Shown: positions 39,501-54,500 of the stretch, in pieces
Layout: every line of letters begins with the position of its first letter
How positions within the stretch are numbered: the first letter of the stretch is position 1
From: Acanthaster planci
Taxonomy: Eukaryota
DNA length: 64,000 nucleotides
NCBI RefSeq assembly: GCF_001949145.1
Contig: NW_019091361.1
Coordinates: 4,088,164 to 4,152,163, forward strand
Reading direction: 5' to 3'
The notes under the pieces: model-generated
The model's input: only the letters and a program-made list of their open reading frames with translations
The model's database searches: none
Told to the model about the DNA's origin: nothing
Position numbers and translations under genes: made by a program

Positions 39501-42500
39501 CTAATCCTAACGCCAAGGACTCATCAGGAAACTCTCCAGTCCACTATGCGTCTGCTTATGGCTGGTGGCACTGCCTCAAACTACTCCTCCAAGCCGGTGG
39601 GGATCCAAACACCCTCAACGACTGGAAGGTTAGTTGGGGTCGTGATGCGATCTGAAGTTTGATGCCCGGAGCAAATTTTGGTCGCTAGTTTTTAGTTCGG
39701 TTTGATAAGAGAACTTGCTTCAGCTTTTGATTACTTTTTTCCTCAACAAATATTACATGCAGCTTTTAATTTCAAATATAACCCTCACTAAAATGATGGT
39801 CAAATTTTCAACTGGTTTTTCATCAGCAACTTACAGGCAGTATGGAATTCAGTAAGACAATAAGACGTTAACATCATTCCTACACAAACATTCCATAAAA
39901 GTCAAGTGTCTATCCTTTCTGAGATGACTTCATCGTTCCCCTCAGACCCCGCCGCTGGGCGTGGCCCTGATGAAAGGCCACACAGGCTGTGCCGACCTCC
40001 TCCTGGAGCAGCCAGGCGTCAGTCTTGACTTCCGCAATGACAGTGGGGCCACCTTGGTCATGCTGACCGCCGCCAGCCCCATGACCAAGTACATGGTGGA
40101 GCAGATGAAATACCTGATTGACAAGAAAGCCAACCTGTCGCTGGTGGACATTGACAACAGAAATGCCGTGAGTCCGTTTGAAATGCAGTTTACAAGTGAA
40201 GTGCGTCGCTAGATGTTCTTGAAATGCCACTTTCCAACTCGTATGCATTTTTACAAATAATCCTCTGTTCTTTATTGGACTTGCGTGACCAGAAACATGA
40301 ATATTCTCAATATTAATGCAATAGCAATTTCCTAGACAAAAAATCTTGGTTGACTGACAACAGAAAAGAAATTCGTGATTAAAGCGTTGCACCTGTTTGT
40401 CAAAAACTGGACATTGGAAATAGAAAGCTTTTAGTCACAATCGGCAGTTAGCCAGGAAAATGTGTCAGCAAATGTTGTGTTTTTTGAAGGGATGTGAACA
40501 ACAGAAACAAGACAAGATCTAATACATACTTTGGCTTTCTATTTATTAAACACAGCAACGGTATTATTTGTCTTATCCTACGTTCACAACATGGTGATTA
40601 ACAAATTTTGCATAATTGTCACCTCTAAGACACGCCTTCCCACTGTTCTGTTTCCAGAACACTTTCCACTAACCTTCATCAACAGTGCATTACGTTTAGA
40701 ACAGCTTAGTAGAAAGTTCAGTCGGAGACATTCTTGACAATGGCGTACAGTCCTTTAACCCTAGGGACCATTGAAATCCTGCATAACCTTGTTGGGTTCA
40801 GCATGGTTAGGGTTAAGACCAGAGTGCATACGTATCTTATCTTACATACGTAATTCCTTTACTCTAGCCCGCACTCTGTTCTAAGCTGCTGTGAACCATT
40901 GATTAACCCATGTATATTTTCTACTATAGTGCATTATATGAATTTAGAAAGGCATGTTGTTCACTTTAGCCCATTGTTAATGAAAAAAAGACATCATTAG
41001 GCACAGAGAAGGTGATGTCATTTAAATTGTTACATTTTTAAGAGTGATTAGATGAAGGTTTTTTTTCCTTCTTTCCCATTACAGCTTCACTACTTGGCCG
41101 CCGGAGGGATGCCTGATCAAGGGAATGTAAGTCAGGAGAAGAAAATTGGTGTCAGGGTTTCATCTTGGATTGCATTATCTGCCCGTCCCTTTACCCATCA
41201 AAGTCAAACGCTGCCTACGCATTCCTAAACAAAAATGGTTGAAATCCATACCCCGTGATGCAGTCCGAGCCCATATTTCAATTATCCCCATCGTTTTGAC
41301 AGGAAACAGGAAGATTTATTCACCAGTGTTAATCCCTTCGATACGGATGACTGCTACTACCGCCCCGTTATGTGAGGATTAGTGCATACCACACATACAG
41401 TCTATTCACCATGCAGCTGCTGGTTCAATGGGGCCTGCTGCTGGACAAAGCCCTCCATTCAGGGCATACCACAGCCCAGCAGTCGCGGTCAAAAGAATCC
41501 CGCCGTGAAGGGGTTAAAGATTTGCATAAACAATGGGGTTGTGAATGAGCAAAACGGCCGCAATAAAGTTGTTGTTGCCTGTCCTCTGAACAGGTTGATA
41601 GGTGGCTACTTGATACGCTGATGGGCACTAGCCGACCAACTTCCTCTTTTTTTGTCAGCATAACTAGTTGCTACGTTTTCTGGTAACAACGTGATAAGTG
41701 TGTCATCATGTAACTTTGGCATAGCCATAGACAGTGGCTAGATCTTCCTGACCATGCCTTTATTATTTTTTTTTAGAGATGTTAGAAGTATATTTAGTTG
41801 GTGCCAAGTATTTCCCGTTGCTGTCTTGTCAGCGAAGTATTCTGAAATTAGAACAATTCAACTCTCCCTTTTTTCCTTAGTGTTTTGAGGGAGGATAAAT
41901 AGACACAAAAATAGTTTTTTCACTTTGTGGGATAGCCTGAAAGTAAAAGGTCATATGATAAGCATCCAGAACCTTTGCCTGTTGGTTGTTACATTTGGTT
42001 GTTTGGCTTGTTCTGTAATTTTCATCAGAATAATTTTTATTTTTACTGAAACTTGCCCATTTAAAGAGACACTCATGTCGGAATTTTATTTTATTTTTCT
42101 TCAATTAAGTTGCTTCCTTTCCAACTTTTAACTGAATGACTGCCACAGAATAAATTCATCAATTTTCATCTGTGTATAATGATTGCTAGTTGAAGTTCTT
42201 TTGCCACATGTTCCGGAAGTGTGCCAACAGGGGTCATCCGTCGGCCTTTATTTCACTGCATTCCAACATTGTTCAGGCCACATTCTCACTGACTCTCCGT
42301 GCATTAAACGTGTCCTCACGATCTCCGAGGAGTTCGCAGATGCTTCTGAATGGGCACTCTCTAGAAAGATCTAAGAAGGCAGTCACCCAAACGCCTGGTG
42401 TTGGTCATTTGATTCCTTGCAGGCCGCTGAGAAGGAAGCCCAGAAGAACGCCATTCTGGACGTGGCCAGGGTTCTCATGGAGAAAGGCTGCGATGCCACA

Positions 42501-45500
42501 GTCAAGGACAAGGCCGGCAAGACCCCTATCAACCTGGCTCTACAGCAGGTGAGGCCTTGCGCAGGTCTGCAGGGCAACTCTGTGTCACGTGTAGCTGCCC
42601 CTGCTGCATCCTGCATTGTTTGATGTAACACGAGATAAATACAGGCCACCTGTTTTTACAGCTTTGTTTCACATTCTCCGTTTTATTGCACAGAGAATTA
42701 TAGAGTGCCATTTGAGGCAACGTTTTGTCAGTGTGAAAAGATAAGCGTACTACCTTAATTTGTGAGTGGATCTCACCAGAATATCACCTGTCCAATTGTC
42801 AAATCAGTGTCGATGTGTGGTGAAAGTTGGTATGTACGTAGCATGGACGCTCAAGTTTTACTTACAAAGTGACGTCAGCTTGTATATGCACAGTAATCAA
42901 ATTTTATGATTATTTCAGTTTGTTGTCATTTATCGTCTGTGTTGTTTATTGCACTGGATGATAAAGGAAAGGTTAACAGTCGTTCATTTGTGATTAGTTT
43001 TGCGTTTATTTTGTTTTGGCAGACCAATTTCTGTATGGAACTGGTACAGTTGTTCTTGGACAAGGGCTGCAGTTTGTCCCTGGATGTGGGCCAGGACGGA
43101 GACAACGCCCTGCACATAATGGCAGAGCATTGCACCCACAATGACCTGGGAGTTCTGCTGCCGACCATTGCCAAAACTGTAATCTCAACTCAACTGCTTT
43201 AATACCATTCAGAGATTTTGCCAAATCATGGCATGATTTTGGCTTTGGCTTCAGATTTCCATTTTTTCCTAATGCACTAAGTCCTAGTGGTGAGAGTATG
43301 AAGCTCAGAGGGAGACCTGTTTTTCTGCAACAGAAATGTCCCATGTTTCAAAACTAATTGTCGTGCTCGAGGGGAAGTCGAGTTGGAAACAAAACCCAGA
43401 TTTGGAAAAAGGTCTGGAGTGTTTTGGCTTTTATAAATTTCTAAGACTGATGTGTGGAAGCTTGCAGAAGCTATTTCGGCTAAAGTGAGGCTTTTCTTGG
43501 GCCCTGCTAACTGTTTATACCGAGGTTGACAAAACAGTAGTCCTACAACTTTCTTGAAATTTTGTAACTTGCGTGCCCCATAGTTTGTTAAATTTTGTAA
43601 TTTCATTTATTGGGTTGATGGGACCTATAATACAGATAAGTCAAAAAATTGATTGAATATTCATTTTACTGCTTACATCTTAGTTCATTTTCTTAAGAAG
43701 TTCTGTATCAGGTCACTTTGACCTCAAGAGACATTCCTTGTGATATTTTGACACCTTAGATGACATGCTCACCTTTTTCCCGTCGCCATTTTCACGGAGA
43801 GGAGACTCTGCATAAGGTAGCTTCTCAGTCAGAGCTGGGATCAAGGGAGCAAAGCTGTACCCATCTGAATGGTGACACAAGGACTCATTTTGTGCCAGGG
43901 GGTTACCGTCAATTTTTTTTTTTTTTTTTCCATTCACGTCTTGACAGTTTAAAGAGCAGTCTGAAGAAGCAATGGATGTGGACGATGACTCGGCCGGGGA
44001 AGCCAGTAAGAAGAAGGTGACAACCTTACAGGAGGCAGCCAAAATGGTGGACAAGGAGGGTCGTACACCCCTTCTCAGATGCATCATCGCCAATTCAAAA
44101 GTAGGGGATTTTTCGCGTTGGCCTGTTTTATGAACAGATTTGCTAGGTTGATGGATTATGCAGGCTCTTTCAAAAGGTATCAAAAAAGGCTGATCCAAAT
44201 CTGTACTTGCCTATCGTTGGTGAAGCCTGCATGCAATACTGTGCCTTTTTTTTCCTTGTGGTCCGTTGATTGTCCTGTGGAAAGCAAATTTTGGGAATGT
44301 GTTTTTTTGTGAAGTAGCGATTTTAGTCCATAGAGTAAGGTGTTACCTTGGGGCTGAACTGCAACACCAACATTAAATGGTCTTCATTGTGAGGGCTCCA
44401 GATGATCAGCAATGAAGCGCATGATAATAATAAAAACTCATCATTGGCTGTCCACCAATCAGATGCCAGGGATTTATTCAAGTGTTTATTTAAATATAAT
44501 CTGTCACCCGCCACTGTGAATATTGCACCAGCAGGATGGATAAACAGGCTCACTGTGTTGCTGACACAGAAAAATCATAACAGGTGTTCAAGTCTTGAGG
44601 GTGTCAGTGGGGACCGCTTTGAATAATCTGCCAGAGTTGAAAAGTTGAGAGTCATCCAATAATTGATTTCTTTTTTCCATGTGTTTCTTTCATTGTCCCT
44701 TGTGCATTGCAGGGTAGAAAGAACTTCCAGAATGTGTTCAGCATGATGAAAGTAAGAAAATACTTCAAAAACAAATATCACCGAATATCTTTGAGTTTTT
44801 TACTTTAACAAAAATAGATGTGTGTATTATTTTGAATGAATTCATGGTTCCAAACTGACATTGGTACTTGTATCATTTGAGCACTAGATGAGACGCAGTG
44901 ACAAAAGTTATTTAAACCCACACACAATACTTACTCTTTGATGTTGAAAGTCTTGACTTGGTTCATTTAAAAGCAAAGATGGAAATTACCATTTAATTAT
45001 GTGAACACAAGTTCAGGTACATGTATGGTTTCGATTCTGTGAGGGTTTTTTGAAATGAAATATCTTAATTATTGATGGTGAGATCCTTCACGATGTAAGA
45101 GTTTTTTACATGGAGGAGAAATGTAAATAGTTTTGAGCGCACATATACCGTAAAAGTGCAGTACCTAGTTTAAGACACATTGTTTACGTTCCCTTGACTC
45201 TCAAAATTCAGGGTTTTATTCCGTCTTTTGTTGATTACCGCAGAGATGTGGTTCATTTGAACCGTTTGAATTCTCTGACTATTTTTTACAATCTTTTGTT
45301 GTGCATTTTGCCTATAATTTAAGGCTCTTATTGAGGTTGCCAAGTCCGACGTCAACGCTGTTGTGGACAGTAAGGACAAGTCTGGCAGCAGGCAGTATGG
45401 TAAGATCCTTTTGCAGCTAGTCGGACCTGATAGATAGTCTAGGAACTGGGCCTTTGCAAGATCTTTGCAAGCTATCTGTGCCGAGTCGTTATCTAGTCAG

Positions 45501-48500
45501 TTACAAGTCGATCACAAGTCAAGTTACTACTGAAGCGTTAAGTAAAGTTCTTAACGTTACATGGATTATTGGCAACCAAGTAGCACCTGTGTGTAGGTGG
45601 ATTTTAACCACGAGCCAAAGGTATTATTTCACAAGGAAGTGTCCCAGGTATGGTATTATTTTTGGCCAAACCGCCGACTTTAAAATGACAAAATACCACA
45701 CCCACAATCTTTAATAAATATCCCACTTTCCATATGGTAACCCTTGCTGGTCATTTGAGACATTTTCTCTGTGGCTTTTTGGAAACTCCGAGACAGCGTT
45801 GCGGAAAGATATTTATTGCAACACCCAACCATGGCTCAGGGCTGCTTGAGGGGCAATTCTGTGCCTGTGTACGAACTCACTGGGATTCACTCGAGTGGAG
45901 ACAGTTATAAACATCTCCTGGTAGTGTTTACAGAATCTGTGTTGAAATATTCACTGAATACAGGAAATCCTCGTGTTTGTAAGGAAGTAACACAAACAAA
46001 TGTTCGCAGCTAATGAAAAAGCTCAGGGCTTGACTTAAGATCACGTGACTTTCGATTCACTTTTCGTTAGCTTTTGTAACATGATAGCAACTCTGCCTCC
46101 TAACCAGTACATTTCATTTTGGGGCTTGTGGCCTTCCCCCCACCACTACAGAGGGCACCAGTTCACTTCACCAGTTTTCCGTTGCCAAGAAGAAGTGGGC
46201 CAAACCACACTCCGTCCCCACCACTACTGCAGAGGGCGCCAGTTCACTTCACCTGTTGTCCGTTGCCAACAACGTGCCAGGCCTGACCATCCTCCTGAAG
46301 GCCAAACCTCAGCTGGACCTACTGGACAAAGGCGGTTTCACACCCCTGCAGCGGGCCATACTCCACAAGAGGCAAGACAGCTCCAAGCTGCTGGTAGGTA
46401 AAAACTCAGTGTAAGGCACTCCTTGCCTGCCGAGAACCAGCCAGATTGAGAGCATTTCACAATGTTAACAAGCAAGCACTCATCCAGAAAGCATCCTTTA
46501 CCTACCGTTCAACATCTTGCACATGCTCCATACTAAGATGTATGGCTGCAGGTACGAACAGACATTGTGGCCCCATTTTAGTAATCCCAAACCCAGGTGC
46601 TTTCTTGTCACACAGAAAGACTCTCATGGTTTGTCCTGGACTCTAAAGCCACCCGGTGCTCACGGGCGTGTCATGGGGAGCAAGTGGGAACGTGCTCCTC
46701 TGGGAAAAAAATTGCTAAATAAAAAAGGGTAAACATGAAAAGAAGAAGAAACAGAAACAAAAAGGAAAAAGGGATGAGAATGAAAATTTTGCTTGAAAAT
46801 ACTTTAGTATTACCTTCCTTCCACATTTAATGATTTGTCCGTTTACTGCTAAAGAGTACGTTTCCACTCCCTCCCTGGAAAAAATTTCTTGTGACGCCCT
46901 CCACGGTGACTGAAACTGCGCATTTTGAGCCAAGTCTGTTTCTCCACGTTCACAGATTGAAGCTGGAGCCAACGTGAACCTGTTCACAGCAGATCAGCGT
47001 GGAGATAAGGCAACACCCCTCATACTTGCCGCTAGGTAAGTTTCCTCGATCATCGTTTAGTCTTTCCCCGAGACCTTAGTGCTAGATGGCAGGTCATGCA
47101 GAATGGGCCCTTTTGTGTGCTGTTTAGCTAGTCCAAAACCATGGAAGGGTGCGCTACAGAAATAATCACTGACGCCTGGAACTGAGACTGACATCCTCAC
47201 AGACACACGACGGCATGAAGTTTCCACAAGTTTTTCCTTGGCAATTACCCAAATCTGCTATTAACCACTGTTTGCTGAGTATAGGTTGAACATGTAAAAG
47301 GCAAAATGGAACCCGAAAACTGATTTTAAAGGGGCTTGGTTATGCAGTCTTGTTGTGCTCTTCAGGAAATTTCATGCTGCAGACAAACCATCGAGCCGAA
47401 CCAAAAATCATTGAACACAGCAATTTCAAACCAAACTAAACTTGATTAAAAGCCAACACACCATGAAAAATAGATACAAGTTTGACACCACAAACCTTGG
47501 CACACGTGCGTGTTCAGACATACGATGGCCCTGCATCACACAATGGTTGTAAAACGCACGTGGTTAGAATTCACTAACAATCAACAGAAAAAATGTAACA
47601 TACGGCATTTCTGCAACATCATATATGTCAATCTTCAAACGCTGCGCCTTGACGTTCCATATTAGGCCAATGATGTCATAAATAGCCGTATAAGACGATG
47701 TTTGATTAGTTGCATGTTGATTGTAGTCGGACTTGTGCTCGATCTTAAGGCAACCAAGGAGAAAAGCTGATTTCGCCAGGCAGACCAGCACTTAAGCGCA
47801 CAACCCGACTTGATGAGCGAGGTGGCCAATAAACTTGTCTTTCGTTTGGTTAAGTTGTTGTATGTTTACATTGTGACAGAATTTTCAAGATTCTGAGTAG
47901 TTGTTCCAAAATCTCAAATAACAAAATGTCGGAATCCGTTAAAAAACAAATGCTGATGGAAAATCGGCCCTTTGGCCATGTGCATGTACATGCATATGTG
48001 TGTGCGTACCTGGGTGTACACGTCTGACACCGAACCGAACCAAACCTTGGCACTTGAAGCACTGGTAAATTTCCACCTCTTCTTTGTTGAGAGGCAGAAT
48101 CCTTGTGTCTGTTTTATTTTAAATCATAAAATTTCCTGTCAACTTCAAATGATGTTGTCTGAATGACAGTATGACTTAATGAGATATCGATGATGAATTC
48201 TGAACACTTACCCCACAATCTCCTTCCCATGTTGGAATTCCCAAGTTCTAAAGAGGATTTTGTAAAAAGGAGTTGCGTCATGACTGCATGATTTGCTGAT
48301 CATAATTGTTACGAACTACTGGTGTGTAATGTCCATACTTGAATCATATCCAAACACTTTCTTTGAAAATTATGGTTTAATGCTGAATAAGTGTAGAAGG
48401 TTATGGATTTACGGTAATCTATAACATTAAACAATGGTGTAACCCAATGTTAGTATCTTTACCCTCATCCTACTGAAAAGGAAATCTCATGGGGCTCTCC

Positions 48501-51500
48501 TCAAAACCTGCAATAGTATATTAAATGGAATCTTGGCATTTATGACATATTTACAGGTAGTTTTCAGTTTTCGGCATGGCCCACGAGGGCGATGACTGCC
48601 ACAACGCACAAAGCTATTAAAACAAATAAAGCGACAGAAGCCAAACATAAAGCGTTTTTTTCTTGTGGACAATGGCGTACTGATCAGGCAAATAAGCCTG
48701 ATTGTCATAGGGAAAAACGTAGGCCAGTACAATCATGCTCCCAATCTGTCAAAGTTCTTTTACGTTGGCCTAACGTACTGCATGTCTGTACATCGTTGGC
48801 GTGAGTGGAGAAGAGACAAACAGAAGACAAGTCTACACCGTCCAGAGCCCAATCAATCAAATCTAAAATTAAGTACATGTATCTGAATATAATCTTCTCA
48901 CATAATATTAATCCGCCGAAAAAGTCTCCAAGCTGGCTGGTGCGTCAATGGGGTCAAACATACTTGCAAGCATGGTTACCGTGTTCCTTGGGGTCTTATA
49001 TGTAAGTCAGTGCAGTTTTTGGGACAGGGAACAGACTATCTGAAAAAGCGGAGATTGCATGCTCACGGGAAAATCCCAACTTAATGGCTGTGTAATGTGT
49101 GATGGCATTGTTTTATGGTGAAAGAACGAAACTACGAGCGTGTTTGAATCCGAACGAAAACTTGAACCATAAACGTACTAATCCCCATGTTGACACAATA
49201 AATCATATTTTGAAACGTCAGTAACAATTGTAAAACAAACTTGACAAAACAGGGATTGCATTCTGCGACCGCATCGTGCCTGCTGTTCAGGAAAACCGGT
49301 GGTCTCGTTGTTGGTGGGATATGCTCGCTGACTGTTTTCGGACGACTTATCTAAGGCAGTCTAGTGGCAGCGTGTACAAGAAATTTTGCTAGCTCGTACA
49401 AACGGTGACTTTGGTGACGATCAAGGATCAATGAATTTTGTTTCCTCGCAGCAATGAGAAATATATTACTGCTATAATATCTATCTTTGGTACTAACTAA
49501 AACCATTCCTTTCATAGTCAATTGCAGGCCAAAAGTGGCCTGGTAGTGATTTTTTTCCCGAGCCGGGAATCCACGGAATATCGGGCATATTCATGAGACT
49601 GGTAATTTACATAAGCCTTGCACATTGCGTCGGTCCACGGGCGTGCCCGGTTGTCATGGGGTCTTTTGTTTGGCGGGGACTAGCGTGCTCTCCGTGATCC
49701 CGCGGGATGTCTGCGGTGCGGAATGGTTTGTCAATTTTGCGATGCCGCCTTATTATTATTAGTGGGAAGTTTTCCAACTGGGTTCTTGCACAAGCCTGGT
49801 GCACACTCGAAGACCATACGTTTCTACATAAATCTGTTATGCGCACTCAGCACACCCTGCACCGAGCACATATAAACGTGCATGCCTCCAAGGGACTGTT
49901 ATTTCCATGTAAAAACATGCCCTCTCTTGTTACTGCTCCGAGCTCCTTAAGTGGTCCAGATAACACCATTTTTAATTTACAATGTAGCCCGATATTCCTC
50001 ATGAGGGCAGAGTAGGTTACAATATTTGTATTGTTGTTTTTTGCTTCACAGGGCCCGCTTGCATGACATTATTCCCATCTTGGTGGCCAAGGGAGCAGAC
50101 GTCTCGGCCAAAGACAGCAAAATGATGACAGCTCTGCACTACATTACTATGGCAGGAGATGGTACAAATATACGTTACTTTTAATATTGAAAGTTCCAGT
50201 CCTACACTGCGTAGTCAAACTTAAAAGACAGTAATCTTTTCTACTTTGTTGAAAAAACATGCACATACACCCAAGGTCTGATTTCTTTGAGCCACCATAA
50301 GGCAGAGAAATGTTATTCAGCGGGTTTACTCGCCAAGTTTTAATTACGGGTTCTGCAAAAGTCAGCTGGGAATCGCTCACAAGTGACATAGATTGCATTG
50401 CATGCGTTTAGTCAGTAACCCAGTTTTGCTATTAAGCAAGTTTGCATTCCGTACATAGCAAATCTCAGTTTTGAGCAGCAGTGTGAAATTAAATCCAGGT
50501 TGAAGATGCCGGCTATCTGCAGCCACTTTGGTCTTTTCAACATTGGTCACTTTGGCAGTGGTCACAATAGTGTCACTCATAAATGAAAGCCAACTGGATT
50601 CATTTTGTCGGGGCAGATTCCAACAAGGCCATGCATACTGCCAGCGTCCTCCTCCTGGCGGGGGCCAGTGTCAACACCCCTGACGCCAAGCACCGCACAC
50701 CCCTCCACTACTCGGTCAACGCAGACACGGGCAGCGCCGATACCACCACTGATGTGACTGAGTTCCTGATCGAGAAGAAAGCCAACGTCTTTGTCAAGGA
50801 CATTCGCGGAAGACTGCCTCTTCACTATGCATTCGTTAAAATGAAAAAGTAAGATCAATCACATGGATCAATATCCTAAGGAGTGTTGGTACTTGTCTCT
50901 GTCCTAACTTCAGCAGGTTTTTTTTTACCAGTACTTTCACAGCAGCGTATTAACATTTGAAATTTCAATTCTAGTTGAAAGTACGGCATAGATAGCCAAA
51001 CATTTTCCCAGAATTCAGCATTCAAAGAATTCAAATTTCTCACCTAAATTTGGAAGCCATATTTCACTCCAAATTTTGAACCAACCCAAACACTTTTAGC
51101 TAAAATTGTCCGTTTAAATGCAGAGCCAAAACTTCAGCAGAAAATTTGGAACCTGAATCAAAGTTTGACACAAGACAAGGAACAGTCTCTATGCACATTG
51201 TTAGGTTAAGGTATTAAAAGAAAATCCAACCAACCTTTCTTTTGATTCTTTAAATGTATATTCTTTGACCTTGTATAAACTATGTTGTTTTGATTCGTGC
51301 TGGTGTAGGCACAGGGATAGTACTCAGACAGACCCCATCGAGATTGTGATGGTGCTCCTGGAAGCCATGAAGGGACAGCAGGTGGACACCCAGGACAAGT
51401 TTGGGCAGACTCCCCTGCACTGGGCCGCCTACAGGGGGGCCACCATCTCGGCCATGAACATCGCTGAGGTATTTCAAGATTGCATCCCCTGAAATATCCC

Positions 51501-54500
51501 TCTCGTGTCGAGGACAGTCTCCACGATTGAATACTTTAATATTTTTTACTGTTTTTGATCAGGGTCACTGTTGAAGTTTTGCCCATGAGTTCATGATATG
51601 ATTTAACAGGCATCTTGCACTCAGTGCTGTTTTAGAGGATTTTTATGAAGGAAAATTCACAAGTGTCGTTGTTGTCATTTCTAGCAGGTTTAGTAAACTT
51701 TCTTATGCTTTTCAGCCTAGACATTTTGTCACATTTTTCCAGTAGGAAAGGTTATTGGTCCCTTTGTTTCTAAAAGGCATTCTGTCGAACTTAATGCTTA
51801 AGTTTCATAACATTAGTGTTTGTATGACTTCAAGACATCGGTTGAAAAGTTCCTTGAGGCTTGGCAAGATAAGAAATGCATTGGTAAGATGTAGAAAATG
51901 TGGGACGGTTCCCCCCTCTCCCAGCTCCTTCAGCAACGAGTGAGACTCAAAACCCACCAACTGATACCATCCAGGAACGAGCCAATTGTAGGTCCAGTCT
52001 GCTGGGTAGTATTACATCGCTAGGCCCCCCCCCACCATGCCCTTACTTCCCACGTGTCCTCTAGTGTGTAGTAAGGATGAGGAGTGTTGGTCTCCGCTGG
52101 TATATCTGAGCGCAAGTACAAGGATGGCCTCAGATTTCAAACAGCATTTCATCTGTGACCCTTTATGAAATAAATTGGAGCAGCGAAACAAAGTGAAATC
52201 CTCCCTTTGTGCTGTTTGGTACAGAGAATCAAGGACTTCAACGTCAAAGACAACAACGGCAACACGCCTCTGGCTATGGCTGCCCTAGGCGGCAATGACA
52301 GGTGAGTTCAGCCTCCAAACCAACTTCAGAAAAGGTCTCTGATTAGAAGTTCCTTTATTCTTGATATTACATTACTTTGGAGTGCTCCAAGCCTACCTTC
52401 AAGCCATTGAAGCGAGTCCTCAAAACACACCTATTTGGCAGATTCCCCTTTTGGGGGGGGGGGCTTTTTTTTTCATTTAAATGGTATATGTTATTTGGCA
52501 TATCTTGCAAAATTGCAAAAATGGCAGCAAGAAAAATATATGAAGTGATCTTGCAAATGTGCATTGTTGATTGCATTAAACATCAGAGAATGCAACAGGC
52601 TGACTGAAAGTTCAGATGGAAGATGCCACCTCAAACCCCCCCCCCAAAAAATAACTTTTTAAGACGAGTGACGACCTCATGCGGTGATGGAAAATGGTAT
52701 AAAGTGCAATGTTTTACATTAGCACACGACACATAGGCGCGTCTGTCAATGAATATCCACCATAGCAAAAGTACTCGCCAAAGAATTGATGACGTGACAA
52801 GGAAGTGCAGCATCAACCGTGCCCGTCCATCTGTGATGTCATGCCTAGCAAGCCCTCTGATCAGAACGTCCTCTGTGAACAGTATCTGGAGAAAATTGCT
52901 CAGGTTTCTAATCACGATGTTTCATTGCCCTAAACATGCACTGTGTCCAATCTCATATACGGCCCCATTGAAAACAACCGTTTGATTTCTGGATCATGTG
53001 GAACTCCTCCATTCCTTACTGCGGCAATGGGCCCTCTGGGTCCATCAGTCATGCTTGACCAAGAGACTCATTAAAATTTGCTCGCTTCCTCAGTGTGGCC
53101 ATCATGCTGATCCAGAAGGGGGCCAGCATCAACACCATGGTCACCTACGTGCCCAAGGAGCTGGAGGAGAAGAAGAGCGGGGAGCCCCAGCCCTACACCT
53201 GGCAGTGGAAGCCCCTGGTCAAGCCCCCGCTGGCCCCCGTCAAGGCCTCCTTCTTCCAGGCGGTGGTGAGCGAGGGCTGGCAAGGGGTGGTCTACCTCAT
53301 GATGGACCGACTCCAGAAGTTTGGCCTGTCCTACATCAACGTCATCCAGGTGTGTTTGCCGAGGCTCGCCGAGAGAAAGCACCTCTGCTAATTTACAGCA
53401 GATCTAGTATTCAAACTTTTTGGGGGGGGGAGGGCAGAAATTAATTTTTTTTAGGGGGTCGGTTTCTTCTGTTCAATTTTAGTTAGTCAAAATGTGGAAC
53501 TTTTTTAGAAGTTTCTTGATGAAAGGAAGGTAAAATTACTGGAAATCCTTTTTCTCCCTCTCTTTCTCTCACTCTTCCCCTTTTTCGTGGAGGGAAGGGG
53601 CAGTGGCCCCCCGGAACTGGCCGCACTGCTGAAAATGACCAATTTGCATTGACTGAAACATAAGCCCACAGACGTTTCACAGAACTATTAAGTCCTCACT
53701 CATAAGTGATGTTCTCTCATGATGTAACTGCAGACTTTCCATCTAGCTTGCAGAGCTTCAAATCTTACTTCAATTTACATTTTATCAATTTGTGACGAGT
53801 CAGTAGGACTTCTAAATGATTTCATATGCCCGATCAGTGTTTTCATCCTGTTTTCCTCGGAAATTTCTAAAACTGTGGAATTTACACGATAAGTTGAAAT
53901 CAGATGGGTCTGGTCTGAAGTAAAAACAATATAAGCTTCAAACATTTTCGTGCTCACAATTTTCTTACGGCAGGCTATCCTGGAGGCGCAGAAATTCCAG
54001 CTAGCCAGCACGATGGTCCGTAAGCAGCGAGACGCTCAGAAACTCCAACAGACCAATCGTAGGGCCCGTAGCTTACTCCACCTGCTGTCCATGCATGCCG
54101 TGTCACCTAATTGGGCAAACCTCTATGAGCAGGTACACGGCCCATGGCCCTTTCATGTGTTCACCTCTTTATATTCTAAGTTCCTATTTGACATTTTGTG
54201 ATTTTTAGAATGAGTTGCTTTTTTATTCCTCTTTAGGTGTTTATTTGCTGTAATTTGAATCTAATGAACAAAAATATAACCTGTCTTGGGCTTCATCCTG
54301 AGGTATTTTTGGTGTCCACACCTCAGCTCTGTACCATTGAAGATGTCTGACAGTGGAATTGTTGCGAGATGACACTATCTTAATAGGCTTCGGAGAGGGA
54401 AGCATGCTCATGCGAGGCACACCTGTGAGGGCGTATGCTGTATGCATGCATACATTGTACACCACCTGTGCCCTGCCTGATCTGACCAGGTGGTTTATTG

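Noticed and set aside
47036..50051. Hidden gene or transposon in the 3-kb intron
   Set aside because: Only short ORFs without motifs; no TIRs or LTRs could be established by eye, and the flanking exons join in phase without an extra exon.
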